NCBI GenBank assembly: GCA_016840095.1
Contig: JAEOSZ010000011.1
Span: 27,506 to 91,505 of the forward strand
Source of the DNA: Candidatus Heimdallarchaeota archaeon
GTDB lineage: Archaea; Asgardarchaeota; Heimdallarchaeia; Heimdallarchaeales; Heimdallarchaeaceae
Reading direction: 5' to 3'
DNA length: 64,000 bases
This document shows, one piece after another, positions 50,403-59,571 of this stretch. Both the position numbers and the translations under genes were made by a program. The stretch's first letter is position 1; each line of letters starts with the position of its first letter. The notes below the pieces were generated by a model. It ran no database searches. It had not been told where the DNA came from and worked only from the letters and a program-made list of their open reading frames with translations.

Positions 50403-52422
50403 CTAAATCACTGAAATACATGACATATAATGTATTGATTATAACGCTGAATATTAAACCCAAGAGCATTAGCTTGTTTTCTCTAGTAATTTTATCTTGA
50501 TATTCTAGTGTTAAGGAATTAAATTTTGTAAACATCTGTTTAAATTTGTTGTCTATAGAGTGATTACCGGTTTGAGTATTTTCAAGATTAAAATTCTCAT
50601 TTAATAGCTCCTTAAGAATCGCTTGTTTAAGCTGTATAATAGGTTTAGTTTCTTCTGAAAAAGTCTTTGACCAATCAATTTCAACGAGATACTTATCAGA
50701 AATGTAATTATTTATGAAACTAAAGAAAAATTGATCAAGCAGACCAAGTACCTCTGCTATAGACAATTCTTTTATATTCTCTTCATCCTGAAGAAAAGCA
50801 ATAGTTTTTGTCTCAAATGGAGGTTGTCCATCGTTCTCAGAGTTAATAATCTCCATATCCCTCTGAATCCTTTCATTCATTTGTTTTAGAATATCAACTT
50901 GCTTAGTAATCGAGTTTAGTTTTAGCACTTTCCCAAGTACTTGTTGTCCTAAATATAAGCTTCTTTCAGCTGGTGTTAACTCAAATAACGTGGAAAGCAG
51001 TCTATTATCTTCTTTTATCTTGATATTGTCCAATAGCTTGAATGTTCTTAAGATTACATCATACTTCATTTTGTTAGTTATCTGAACAGTTCCAGAAATA
51101 TCTTTCAAAATCTTTATGCACTGAGAAAATTCTCCTAATGCAAAATTGATTTCAAATAACAGTTCTAATAGATTAACTAAAGAGGAATCTTTAAACTTAA
51201 CAGCTATTTCCTTCCCTTTTCCAGCAAAAGTCAAGGCATGTTCAAACTCCCCTAGACTCAAGTGTATTTGTGATTTTGCATGATAGATAGCGATTAAGCT
51301 TTGTTTATCTTTGATTTTGTCTGTCACCTTCTCAAGCTCATCTAAGATTTCCATAGCTTCATCAAATTTGTTTTGATTGACAGCAACTTGACTAAGCAAT
51401 TGTTTTAGCTTGCCAAATTCCTGAATCATCTCTTCATGGTTTCCACCTGATAGATATTGAAGAGCTGCAAGCCCTAGTTCTATTACAATTCGGGATTCTT
51501 CAATTAATTTTTCTTTTTGAAGAGATTCAGCAAGAATCAGAATCATAGAAATGTCATTTCTTGTTATTTCAGTCTCTGTTTTTTTATTAAAAATCTTCAA
51601 ATTCTCTATTACTTGATTATAATTTTTGAGGTTGAAATTCAACCTAGCTTTTGTATAGAGTACATTTTGAACTCCTCTATCATGTTTCATCTCTTTAAAT
51701 AATATTTCTGCAATATTTAGAAACTCATTAGCAAGACTTTGTTCTAATTGATTTGCATAAACAGATCCGAGATTAAGAGAAACTGTAGCTTCTCCTAATG
51801 CATCTTTCATCTTTTTTCTTAATATTAAGCTTTGATGATAGAAATTAATTGATTTTTCATATTCCCCTAAATAGAAATACAGTCCACCTAAACTTGAAAG
51901 AGTATATGCTTGTCCTTCCTCGTTTTCATTGTTTCTATCTAAATCAAGTACAATATGGTACAATTCTCTGCTTTGTTCGAAGTTCCCTCGCTCCAAATGA
52001 AGATTTGCTAGATTATGATATATCACAGCTTTGTTTTGATTATTGAGAGAATTTTCATGCGTTCTAAGAATATCGGAATAAATTTCCATTGCTAAATCAC
52101 TTCTAGCCATTCTTCTAAGAATTTTAGCATACTCAATCTTAGCATCTACAATCTCATTAGAGGGAAAATCATGTTTCACTAAGATTTCCATTACTTTGGT
52201 AATGTGTTCAAAAGCTTGTTTATTTTTAGCTAAAGAATAATAAGCTTTAGCTAGAATGAAGTGGTTATTCTTTAGTGCAGTAATGTTCATATCCAGATTT
52301 TGTTCGAAGTTTTTCTTAGTTATTACGACAATTTCGTTATACTTATCATTTTTAAGTAAATCCTGGATATCTTCTTCCAAATAGTTGAACATTTTTCCAT
52401 CATCTACGATACAGATGAACAC
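50377..52422 (-). CDS. Tetratricopeptide repeat protein
   Basis: TPR_12-like units (AYTLSSLGGLYFYLGEYEKSINFYHQSL, EATVSLNLGSVY). Confidence 0.85.
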   Translation of the reverse strand: MFICIVDDGKMFNYLEEDIQDLLKNDKYNEIVVITKKNFEQNLDMNITALKNNHFILAKAYYSLAKNKQAFEHITKVMEILVKHDFPSNEIVDAKIEYAKILRRMARSDLAMEIYSDILRTHENSLNNQNKAVIYHNLANLHLERGNFEQSRELYHIVLDLDRNNENEEGQAYTLSSLGGLYFYLGEYEKSINFYHQSLILRKKMKDALGEATVSLNLGSVYANQLEQSLANEFLNIAEILFKEMKHDRGVQNVLYTKARLNFNLKNYNQVIENLKIFNKKTETEITRNDISMILILAESLQKEKLIEESRIVIELGLAALQYLSGGNHEEMIQEFGKLKQLLSQVAVNQNKFDEAMEILDELEKVTDKIKDKQSLIAIYHAKSQIHLSLGEFEHALTFAGKGKEIAVKFKDSSLVNLLELLFEINFALGEFSQCIKILKDISGTVQITNKMKYDVILRTFKLLDNIKIKEDNRLLSTLFELTPAERSLYLGQQVLGKVLKLNSITKQVDILKQMNERIQRDMEIINSENDGQPPFETKTIAFLQDEENIKELSIAEVLGLLDQFFFSFINNYISDKYLVEIDWSKTFSEETKPIIQLKQAILKELLNENFNLENTQTGNHSIDNKFKQMFTKFNSLTLEYQDKITRENKLMLLGLIFSVIINTLYVMYFSDLDEREKKDD

Positions 52423-52432
52423 AGCTTGGTGT

Positions 52433-52969
52433 CTATCCGCTTCTATCTTCTAGCACTATTGTGTTTGCAATAAAATCTCCAAGTCTTCTTCCTTCTTCAT
52501 TACATAAAGGTAAGAAAAGATCAATTATAGTGATGAAGCATATGTTTCTAATACATGCTTGTCCTGCAGTTATTTGACGACCTGTATCGTAATCAACTAC
52601 TTTTAGTTTCATGATTGATTTACCAAAGCCTCTTCCAGTTTCTGGAATGATATCTCTGAAACAACCTAAAGGTGGGCATATGTTTGAAATACATCCATCA
52701 ATGATTAGAGCAAAACCTCGGTCACAGTAATTTCCCTTCAAACTAATATAATGTTCTTTGGGAATTCTTCCTCCAGCTACAGGCATTGTTTGAGCTTGAA
52801 CATAAGGCTGAGGTGGAACATATTGAGGTTGAGCTGGTTGAGCCTGTGGAGCTTGGGCTTTTGGCGCTGGCTCAGAAGCTGTACCTAGCTGTTTTCCACA
52901 ATTCAAACAAAATTTATCTTCTGGAGCTGTAGATGAACCACAATTTGGGCAAAAGAACTTCTTTGACAT
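52433..52969 (-). CDS. Zn-ribbon plus RDD-family protein
   Basis: CPNCG...FCLNCG, Pro/Gln-rich linker, RGFALIID, GKSIMKLKVVD, RRLGDFIANTIV. Confidence 0.85.
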   Translation of the reverse strand: MSKKFFCPNCGSSTAPEDKFCLNCGKQLGTASEPAPKAQAPQAQPAQPQYVPPQPYVQAQTMPVAGGRIPKEHYISLKGNYCDRGFALIIDGCISNICPPLGCFRDIIPETGRGFGKSIMKLKVVDYDTGRQITAGQACIRNICFITIIDLFLPLCNEEGRRLGDFIANTIVLEDRSG

Positions 52970-53070
52970 TTTCTATTCTCCTAGTTAATATCATTTTAAC
53001 AACTAACAACTATTTAAGTATATTTTAAAAAATTTGTATATTAATTCGTTTAGAGTATATTAGAAGCGAT

Positions 53071-54294
53071 TTATTTTGATTCTTTCACAATTTTAGTATA
53101 TGCTTTTACTAGATTTTTTCCTACAACTGGAGAATCAAAGTTTTTCAAGGCATGTTGTTGAGATTTAAATGCTACTTCTTGACTTTTCTCTTTATTTCTA
53201 ATTATGTCAAGAACTTTATCTACCAGTGCAATACTATCTTTTGTTGGATATAACCAATCACATTTTGGTGGAATCATCTCATTCATGGGAGGTTTATCGA
53301 CTGCTATCACAGGTAATCCGGAAGCCATCGCTTCTATTAATGGTGTACCAAAACTCCCCTCCTCAGCAGGATAAAGTAGAACGTCACTTATGTGATACGC
53401 TAAAAGTAGCTCTCTATCATCAATATATCCTGTTATTATAACAGAGTCTTCAATCTCTAAATTTACAACATCTTCCTTTATTTTTGATAAGAGTGGTCCA
53501 TCCCCAACAACTAGAAAAGTTATTTCAGAATTTCTTTCTAGAATTTCAGGAAAATACTTAATCACTTCATGTTGGGATTTTCTATTGATATAAGGTCCTT
53601 GGAGTAAAACAATAGAATTACCTTGATCCAAATCATATTTATCACGAAAAGTTTCAAGATCCTCTAATTTAGGAAGTGCAGAGAAAATCTTACAATTAAG
53701 GGAATGAGGCATAAGTATTACTTTCTCCTTCATAGCTTTTGAAAATCTCTTTATTTTATCAAGCAATGAAACTGAGGTTGTAAATATCTTATCACAGTGT
53801 TTTACTAGTCTTCGCAAAAGCCTTGAATAAGGTCTTTTTACCCAAATTCTTGATTTGAGATTTCCTGTAGTAACTGCTCCATGAACTGATACAACTAATG
53901 GTATACTGATTTGTTTTCTCTTCTTTGCTTTAGCGAAATTATAAGCTGCTACTTCTGTTGCATGTATAAGAGAAATGTCAACCTCTAATTTCAAATCTGA
54001 GTAAACTTCAAATGCTTGTTTCGAGAAGCTTCTGTGGTTTTTAGCATTAAAATGGGTTAAAGTACTATATGCCCCTCTTGCAGAAATTTGTTCTGGAAGA
54101 TAGTAAAAATGGATATTTTCTCTATTTGCTAACTCATCATCAGAAGATAGCTTAGTTGTAGTTGCAATATAGATATTTATTCCTTGATTTGCCAATGATT
54201 GAACTAGAGAATAAGAATATCTACGAAGCCCAGCCATAGGTCCTACATAAGGAGGTCCTATCTCTATCGTAGGAATGAAGATAGAGAAATCCAT
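53071..54294 (-). CDS. Glycosyltransferase family 4
   Basis: LVVGDGP, GSFGTPLIEAMASGLPVI. Confidence 0.9.
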   Translation of the reverse strand: MDFSIFIPTIEIGPPYVGPMAGLRRYSYSLVQSLANQGINIYIATTTKLSSDDELANRENIHFYYLPEQISARGAYSTLTHFNAKNHRSFSKQAFEVYSDLKLEVDISLIHATEVAAYNFAKAKKRKQISIPLVVSVHGAVTTGNLKSRIWVKRPYSRLLRRLVKHCDKIFTTSVSLLDKIKRFSKAMKEKVILMPHSLNCKIFSALPKLEDLETFRDKYDLDQGNSIVLLQGPYINRKSQHEVIKYFPEILERNSEITFLVVGDGPLLSKIKEDVVNLEIEDSVIITGYIDDRELLLAYHISDVLLYPAEEGSFGTPLIEAMASGLPVIAVDKPPMNEMIPPKCDWLYPTKDSIALVDKVLDIIRNKEKSQEVAFKSQQHALKNFDSPVVGKNLVKAYTKIVKESK

Positions 54295-54392
54295 ATGAAA
54301 AAATTAGAACTGACTACAAAAGCATTTTGGTGAGATTTATTTACTAAACACAACATTTTGTCAAACCACAATAATAAAAAAAAGATTAACTA

Positions 54393-55190
54393 TTGTGTTA
54401 TTGTATGCTTGACATAGAAGACGAAATTTACGATCAGGTTTTTGAGAATGGATTTTCATCAAATTCTTTGAGTTTAATTCGAGAAAACATCAACAAAATA
54501 ACTGCAGAGTTTCTCACAGATATTTTAGCTGAAAACATCAATGTTCATACTCAGTATAAGATTCTAATTGAATTTCTAACAAAAGTCTGGAATAAGAATA
54601 CTAACCAAAGTCTAAATTTTCTTAATTACATAGCTGGAATTCTCCACAAATTATTCTACCTTGCAAGAGAATATCCCTTAGGAAAAGATATACCTGAATA
54701 TCTTACAAACGAAATCATAGAATTTCATAAGATTCTATGTGATTTTAAATTGGAATGTTTAGATGAAGAAATTTCGTTACAAGATGAGTTGCTTGAAGAA
54801 GTAGAATCTTTTGGTGATCTTTTTGATATTATAGGTAAATACTCTGGATTTCCTCAAAAGATTAACGAGATGTTCAGAATTGGAGCACTGATGCTCTATC
54901 TATTTTCTCAAAATGAACATCAAGTAATCAAGAATATAGATGAGCTTGCTCTCTATATCTCCCGCTGTTTGATTCTATGGCGAATGGATGTTTTAACCGG
55001 TGAAGAAATTAAGGTGTGCTTTGAACAAGCTACAATCAAGTACTCTGATGAATTAGATCTGAATAAATTTAGAAAGATTTTAGCTTTAGAAATTCAAAAC
55101 TACCAATTCTTGCAATATGGTATAAATCACGAAATGGTAAAGATAGTTGCAAAAACATTTCATAAAATATATTCCAAAAAAAGAATTTGA
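54393..55190 (+). CDS. Hypothetical all-alpha protein
   Basis: 265-aa ORF; no recognised motif. Confidence 0.6.
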   Translation: MCYCMLDIEDEIYDQVFENGFSSNSLSLIRENINKITAEFLTDILAENINVHTQYKILIEFLTKVWNKNTNQSLNFLNYIAGILHKLFYLAREYPLGKDIPEYLTNEIIEFHKILCDFKLECLDEEISLQDELLEEVESFGDLFDIIGKYSGFPQKINEMFRIGALMLYLFSQNEHQVIKNIDELALYISRCLILWRMDVLTGEEIKVCFEQATIKYSDELDLNKFRKILALEIQNYQFLQYGINHEMVKIVAKTFHKIYSKKRI

Positions 55191-55207
55191 ATTTGAATCA
55201 ATTCTTC

Positions 55208-55648
55208 TTATTTATTATTAACATAAGATTTAAGCTCTTCAGAAATTCTTGAAGCTTTCTTGATTTCAGGAGCAAGGTAATTCAGTAAGTCTCTGGGGAT
55301 CTCCTTTCTACTGAATATATTTTGAAGAATCTCATCTAGTACGTCTGCTCTAAGGTCTGGATTTTGTAACATTTCCTTAACAGTTGTTATTTTCATACTT
55401 GAAGGTAGATTATCTTCCAATGCTGTTATTGAAGACCAAGCTTGAATTGTTGAATACACAGACATATCTGGTGTGACCACATCTAAAGCCATTCTAAAAC
55501 GCCATTTCTTAACTTCTATAGGAGAATTATCAGTTGCAATAGCTCTGCCTAACTTCATGGCATTTTCTTGGTTTGGTTTTCGATTATAGTCTTCGAGCAA
55601 GTTTCTTATTTTGCCTTTAGTGACCTCTTTACTCACGTAAATCCCCAT
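55208..55648 (-). CDS. Hypothetical protein
   Basis: 146-aa ORF with TATA-like sequence upstream. Confidence 0.65.
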   Translation of the reverse strand: MGIYVSKEVTKGKIRNLLEDYNRKPNQENAMKLGRAIATDNSPIEVKKWRFRMALDVVTPDMSVYSTIQAWSSITALEDNLPSSMKITTVKEMLQNPDLRADVLDEILQNIFSRKEIPRDLLNYLAPEIKKASRISEELKSYVNNK

Positions 55649-55944
55649 CTTTATCTATTTAAAACTAGTACTGAGGAATATATATATCTTGCTCTTTACA
55701 GTTCTAAAAGTAGTAGTTTCGAGAAAAACAGAATATGCCACCTTCTTACAATACACCTTATGTTAAAGATGACTTTGTGAAAAAGGTGTGAAAAAAATAG
55801 TAAGACGACCTTGTAGTAAGGTTTTGCAGTTTTTATCTCCAAAAATTTGTTCTAGATGGGTTTGTGGGTCATAAAATCACTAAATTTTGGAGAGTGGGAA
55901 AATAGTGAAAAAGTGTAAGACACAGAGGTCTTACCTTACTGTAC

Positions 55945-57186
55945 TTAAAGTTTGAATAGATTATAGAATGCTAAAATGGAATAAATTGCAGTTCCTTTCC
56001 ACAATATATCTTCATCAACATCGAATTTTGGATGATGATGGGGATGAATTATACCTTTTTCTTCATTATACAGACCCAAAGCAATGAAAGCTCCTTTTGT
56101 TTCATTAAGGTAGAAAGCAAAATCTTCTCCACCCATTGTAAGATCTACTTCCTGCACTTCGTCAAGAGTTTTTAGAATTTCAATAACATCATTAACGCTT
56201 TCATCATGGTTTATTGTTGGTGGATAGTAGATTCCTCCTATCTCAAACTCAACAGAACCTTCACATCTCCACGCACGACTATATCCCTCAACAATCTCTC
56301 GCATTCGAGTCATTATGTGGTTTCTTACGTCATTATTGAAGGTTCTAAATGTACCTTCTAACCTAGCAGAGGAAGGGATAATGTTATGAGCATCACTTCC
56401 TTCCAACATTGGAACTGAGATAACAGCTTTTTCTAAAGGATCAATTTCTCTGCTAACAATCTTTTGGATAGCATTATAGATGTCTACCATAACTGATGTT
56501 GGATCAAATGTTTGATGTGGTGCAGCTGCATGACCCCCTTTTCCCTTAATGTCTATGATAAATTGGTCAGAAGATGCAAGGAAAGGTCCTTTTCTAGTAG
56601 CTATGATTCCGCTTTCAATTTCTCTCCATACATGAATACCAAATATCTGGTCAATATCAACAATATGGCCTTCTTCTACAATTTTCTTTGCTCCTCCTCC
56701 ACCTTCTTCAGCTGGTTGAAAGATTAGTTTGATTTTTCCAGTGAGCTTATCTTTGTGTTTGAAAATAATATGAGCTGCACCAAGTAACATAGCAGTATGA
56801 GCATCATGTCCACAAGCATGCATTTTACCAGGTACTTGACTACAATAGGGTTTATCATTGTCTTCAGTAACATTAAGTGCATCGATGTCAGCTCTGAGTG
56901 CAATAACTCTTCCTTCTTTTCCAGAATCAAAAGAAGCTATAATACCTGTTCCTGCAGTTTTCTTGATTTCATAACCTATTTTTGTTAGTTCATCTTCGAG
57001 AAGAGCAGAGGTTTTGACTTCTTCATATCCAGTTTCTGGATTCATATGAAAATGTCTACGTTTTTCAATAACATATTGTTCTAAATCTTTAGATTCGTTA
57101 ATTAGAATTTGTTTGAATTCTTCAATATCCATACTAAGGAGGAATAGAATCGTTATTTCTACTTTTCTATTTGAAGATACTAACAA
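55945..57186 (-). CDS. M20D amidohydrolase/carboxypeptidase (probable start 57132)
   Basis: ALRADIDAL, MHACGHDAH, FQPAEEG, GGHAAAPH, GGEDF, HHPKFDVDE. Confidence 0.93.
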   Translation of the reverse strand: MLVSSNRKVEITILFLLSMDIEEFKQILINESKDLEQYVIEKRRHFHMNPETGYEEVKTSALLEDELTKIGYEIKKTAGTGIIASFDSGKEGRVIALRADIDALNVTEDNDKPYCSQVPGKMHACGHDAHTAMLLGAAHIIFKHKDKLTGKIKLIFQPAEEGGGGAKKIVEEGHIVDIDQIFGIHVWREIESGIIATRKGPFLASSDQFIIDIKGKGGHAAAPHQTFDPTSVMVDIYNAIQKIVSREIDPLEKAVISVPMLEGSDAHNIIPSSARLEGTFRTFNNDVRNHIMTRMREIVEGYSRAWRCEGSVEFEIGGIYYPPTINHDESVNDVIEILKTLDEVQEVDLTMGGEDFAFYLNETKGAFIALGLYNEEKGIIHPHHHPKFDVDEDILWKGTAIYSILAFYNLFKL

Positions 57187-57325
57187 CTTAATTTGATTCT
57201 GTTTTTTTGATAAATGCTATTTTGCAAAGATGTATATCTTCTGGTACTTGTTTAGATGGAGTTGCGTTGTTTGATCCAGATTTACATTATACTGTCCACT
57301 GTTCTATTGAAGCAATGAAATTAAG

Positions 57326-57346
57326 AAATTAGATAAAATCTAATTT
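57326..57346. promoter_or_regulatory. Palindromic operator candidate upstream of the metal ATPase
   Basis: AAATTAGAT-AAA-ATCTAATTT is a perfect 9-bp inverted repeat about 70 bp upstream of the ATG. Confidence 0.4.
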
Positions 57347-57414
57347 TCTCTTTCTTATTTTTTTGTTAAAGGATAATTTTTAAGTGTATAGAATATTCTC
57401 GTTTTCTGAATACG

Positions 57415-59571
57415 ATGCCTGAATTACGTGGAGTAGTAAAAGGAATGGACTGCGCTAACTGTGTTGCTAAAGTAAAGAAGAACATAGAAGGCTTACCAGG
57501 CATCAAAGATGTTCAGCTAAATTTAGTTTCTACAAAAATCATTGTTGACTTCGAAGAAGAATCTTCAGAAAAAGCTATAATCAAAACAATAAAACGTTTA
57601 GGATATGGTTTTGATAGTGCTTATGAAAAAAGATCTTTTTTCAATATCAAACATAATAAAAATTTACTTTTCTTCTTTGTAGGATTAATCTTTCTGATTG
57701 TTGCCTTAAGCAATGAATATTTTGGATTACCTCATTTTGCATGGTATCTACCAATTGTAACAATTGGTGGAATTCCAATTTACTTGAAAGCATTCGCTTC
57801 TATAAGAAGTAAATCTCTCGATATCGACATACTGATGGTAATTGCTGTTATTGGAGCCATGAGTATTGGATATTGGGAAGAAGCTGCAGAGATAATTGTT
57901 CTATTCACTCTTGCAGAGCTCTTAGAAGCTTTTTCGATGGACAAAGCAAGACAATCGATTAGAGAATTAATGGATTTAACTCCTCCAACAGCTATTAGGT
58001 TGATAAAAGGTAAAAAGCATGAAGAGGTTCCATTAGAAGATTTGGTTGTAGGAGATAGAGTAAGTGTTAAACCAGGTAGTAGAATTCCAATAGATGGAAA
58101 AATTGATTGGGGAAAAACCAATGTTGATCAAAGTCCAATTACTGGAGAATCTATCCCCATAAACAAAAACGTTGGAGACCCAGTATACTCTGGTTCAATA
58201 AATTTGGATGGCTATATAATTCTTCGAGTTACTCGGATGCCTCAAGAAAGTACAGTAGCTAGAATTCGACAGCTCATCGAGGAAGCTGAACAACAGAAAT
58301 CAAAAAGAGAACAGTTTATCCAGAAATTTGCAAAATTCTATACACCTATTATGGTTAGTATAGCCCTATTTGTTTTCTTAATACCTGGAGTATTCATGAA
58401 CATTCCAGTCAATGTGGATATTCTAAGGGATTGGTTATATCAAAGCTTAGTGATTTTAGTGATTTCATGTCCATGTGCTTTAGTTCTTTCAACACCAATT
58501 ACAGTTGTCACAGCAATAACTCGAGCATCAAAAAGAGGAGTATTAATCAAGGGAGGTAAATATCTAGAAGCTATCTCTTCAATAGATTATTTAGCGATGG
58601 ATAAAACCGGCACTTTATCTACTGGGAAACTCAAAGCTTACAAAGTTGAAGCTTCAGAAGGATACTCTGAGAAGGATATAATTGAAATTGCATATGGTTT
58701 AGAATATCATTCGGAACACAAGATTGCAGAAGCTATAATTGAGTTAGGTCTTGAAAACCAAGCAAGATTGTTTGGTTACAAAGATGTAGAAATAATGCCA
58801 GGAATGGGAATTAAAGGTACTAGAAAAAAGGTAACCTATTATCTTGGAAATGAATCACTTGTAGAAGAAGTCATTGGGTTGGAATCCTATGAATTAGATT
58901 GTGAAGAAACAGAGAGCATTGTATCATATGTTGTTGCTGACAAAAAAATAATTGCACACATTCATATGTCAGACCAACTAAGAAGTGAAACTAAAGAATC
59001 AATTGATGCTTTAAAGAAACTTGGAATCAAAGATATCGTTATGCTTACTGGAGATAATGAAGCAGTTGCTTCAAAAATTGCAGAAGAGTTGGGAATTAAA
59101 TATAAGGCAGAACTTTTACCCGAAGACAAAATGCTTTTCATAAAGAAGCTCAAAGAAAAAGAACAAGCAGTTGTGATGGTTGGAGATGGAATTAATGATT
59201 CTCCAGCATTAGCATTAGCAGATGTAGGGATTGCAATGGGAGCAGCTGGTACATCTATTGCCATCGAAACCTCTGATATTGTTCTTTCTTCTGATAATCT
59301 ATTCAGTCTCCCCTATTTGTTTAAGCTAAGTAAGCAGACAAAAAGAACTATTCAAATTAACATTTTTCTGTCGTTGTTTATTAAATTCTCTTTCTTCATC
59401 CTTGTATTCGTCAGTGCTGCAACTAATGTTCTTGGATCCTTCTTAGGTGATAATCTTCTATGGTTGGCTGTTCTCATTGGAGATATGGGTGCATCACTTC
59501 TAGTTATTTTGAATGCTATGAGAGTTGGAAGAAAAAGATACTTTTCAGGAGATAAGTTGCCAAAGAAATAG
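57415..59571 (+). CDS. Heavy-metal P1B-type ATPase (Zn/Cd/Pb, CadA/ZntA-like)
   Basis: HMA GMDCANC, TGES, CPC, DKTGT, SEH, MLTGD, GDGINDSP, WLAVLIGDMG. Confidence 0.93.
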   Translation: MPELRGVVKGMDCANCVAKVKKNIEGLPGIKDVQLNLVSTKIIVDFEEESSEKAIIKTIKRLGYGFDSAYEKRSFFNIKHNKNLLFFFVGLIFLIVALSNEYFGLPHFAWYLPIVTIGGIPIYLKAFASIRSKSLDIDILMVIAVIGAMSIGYWEEAAEIIVLFTLAELLEAFSMDKARQSIRELMDLTPPTAIRLIKGKKHEEVPLEDLVVGDRVSVKPGSRIPIDGKIDWGKTNVDQSPITGESIPINKNVGDPVYSGSINLDGYIILRVTRMPQESTVARIRQLIEEAEQQKSKREQFIQKFAKFYTPIMVSIALFVFLIPGVFMNIPVNVDILRDWLYQSLVILVISCPCALVLSTPITVVTAITRASKRGVLIKGGKYLEAISSIDYLAMDKTGTLSTGKLKAYKVEASEGYSEKDIIEIAYGLEYHSEHKIAEAIIELGLENQARLFGYKDVEIMPGMGIKGTRKKVTYYLGNESLVEEVIGLESYELDCEETESIVSYVVADKKIIAHIHMSDQLRSETKESIDALKKLGIKDIVMLTGDNEAVASKIAEELGIKYKAELLPEDKMLFIKKLKEKEQAVVMVGDGINDSPALALADVGIAMGAAGTSIAIETSDIVLSSDNLFSLPYLFKLSKQTKRTIQINIFLSLFIKFSFFILVFVSAATNVLGSFLGDNLLWLAVLIGDMGASLLVILNAMRVGRKRYFSGDKLPKK

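Noticed and set aside
52790-52875. Imperfect repeats in the RDD gene and at about 3415-3440 in xpd
   Set aside because: They encode ordinary Pro/Gln-rich protein linkers.
55790-55944. Short inverted repeats (GTAAGAC...GTCTTAC, AGTAAGGT/ACCTTACT) as a MITE
   Set aside because: Too short and scattered, with no target-site duplication; at most a hairpin downstream of the amidohydrolase.
57187-57332. Short open frame (LINAILQRCISSG...) between the amidohydrolase and the ATPase
   Set aside because: No clear start or SD and no recognisable motif.
3336-59264. Short overlapping or antisense ORFs in the track (e.g. 3336, 4292, 8790, 13118, 14523, 20678, 23646, 33468, 40613, 48812, 57780, 58962)
   Set aside because: Shadow frames overlapping well-supported genes, with no motifs of their own.
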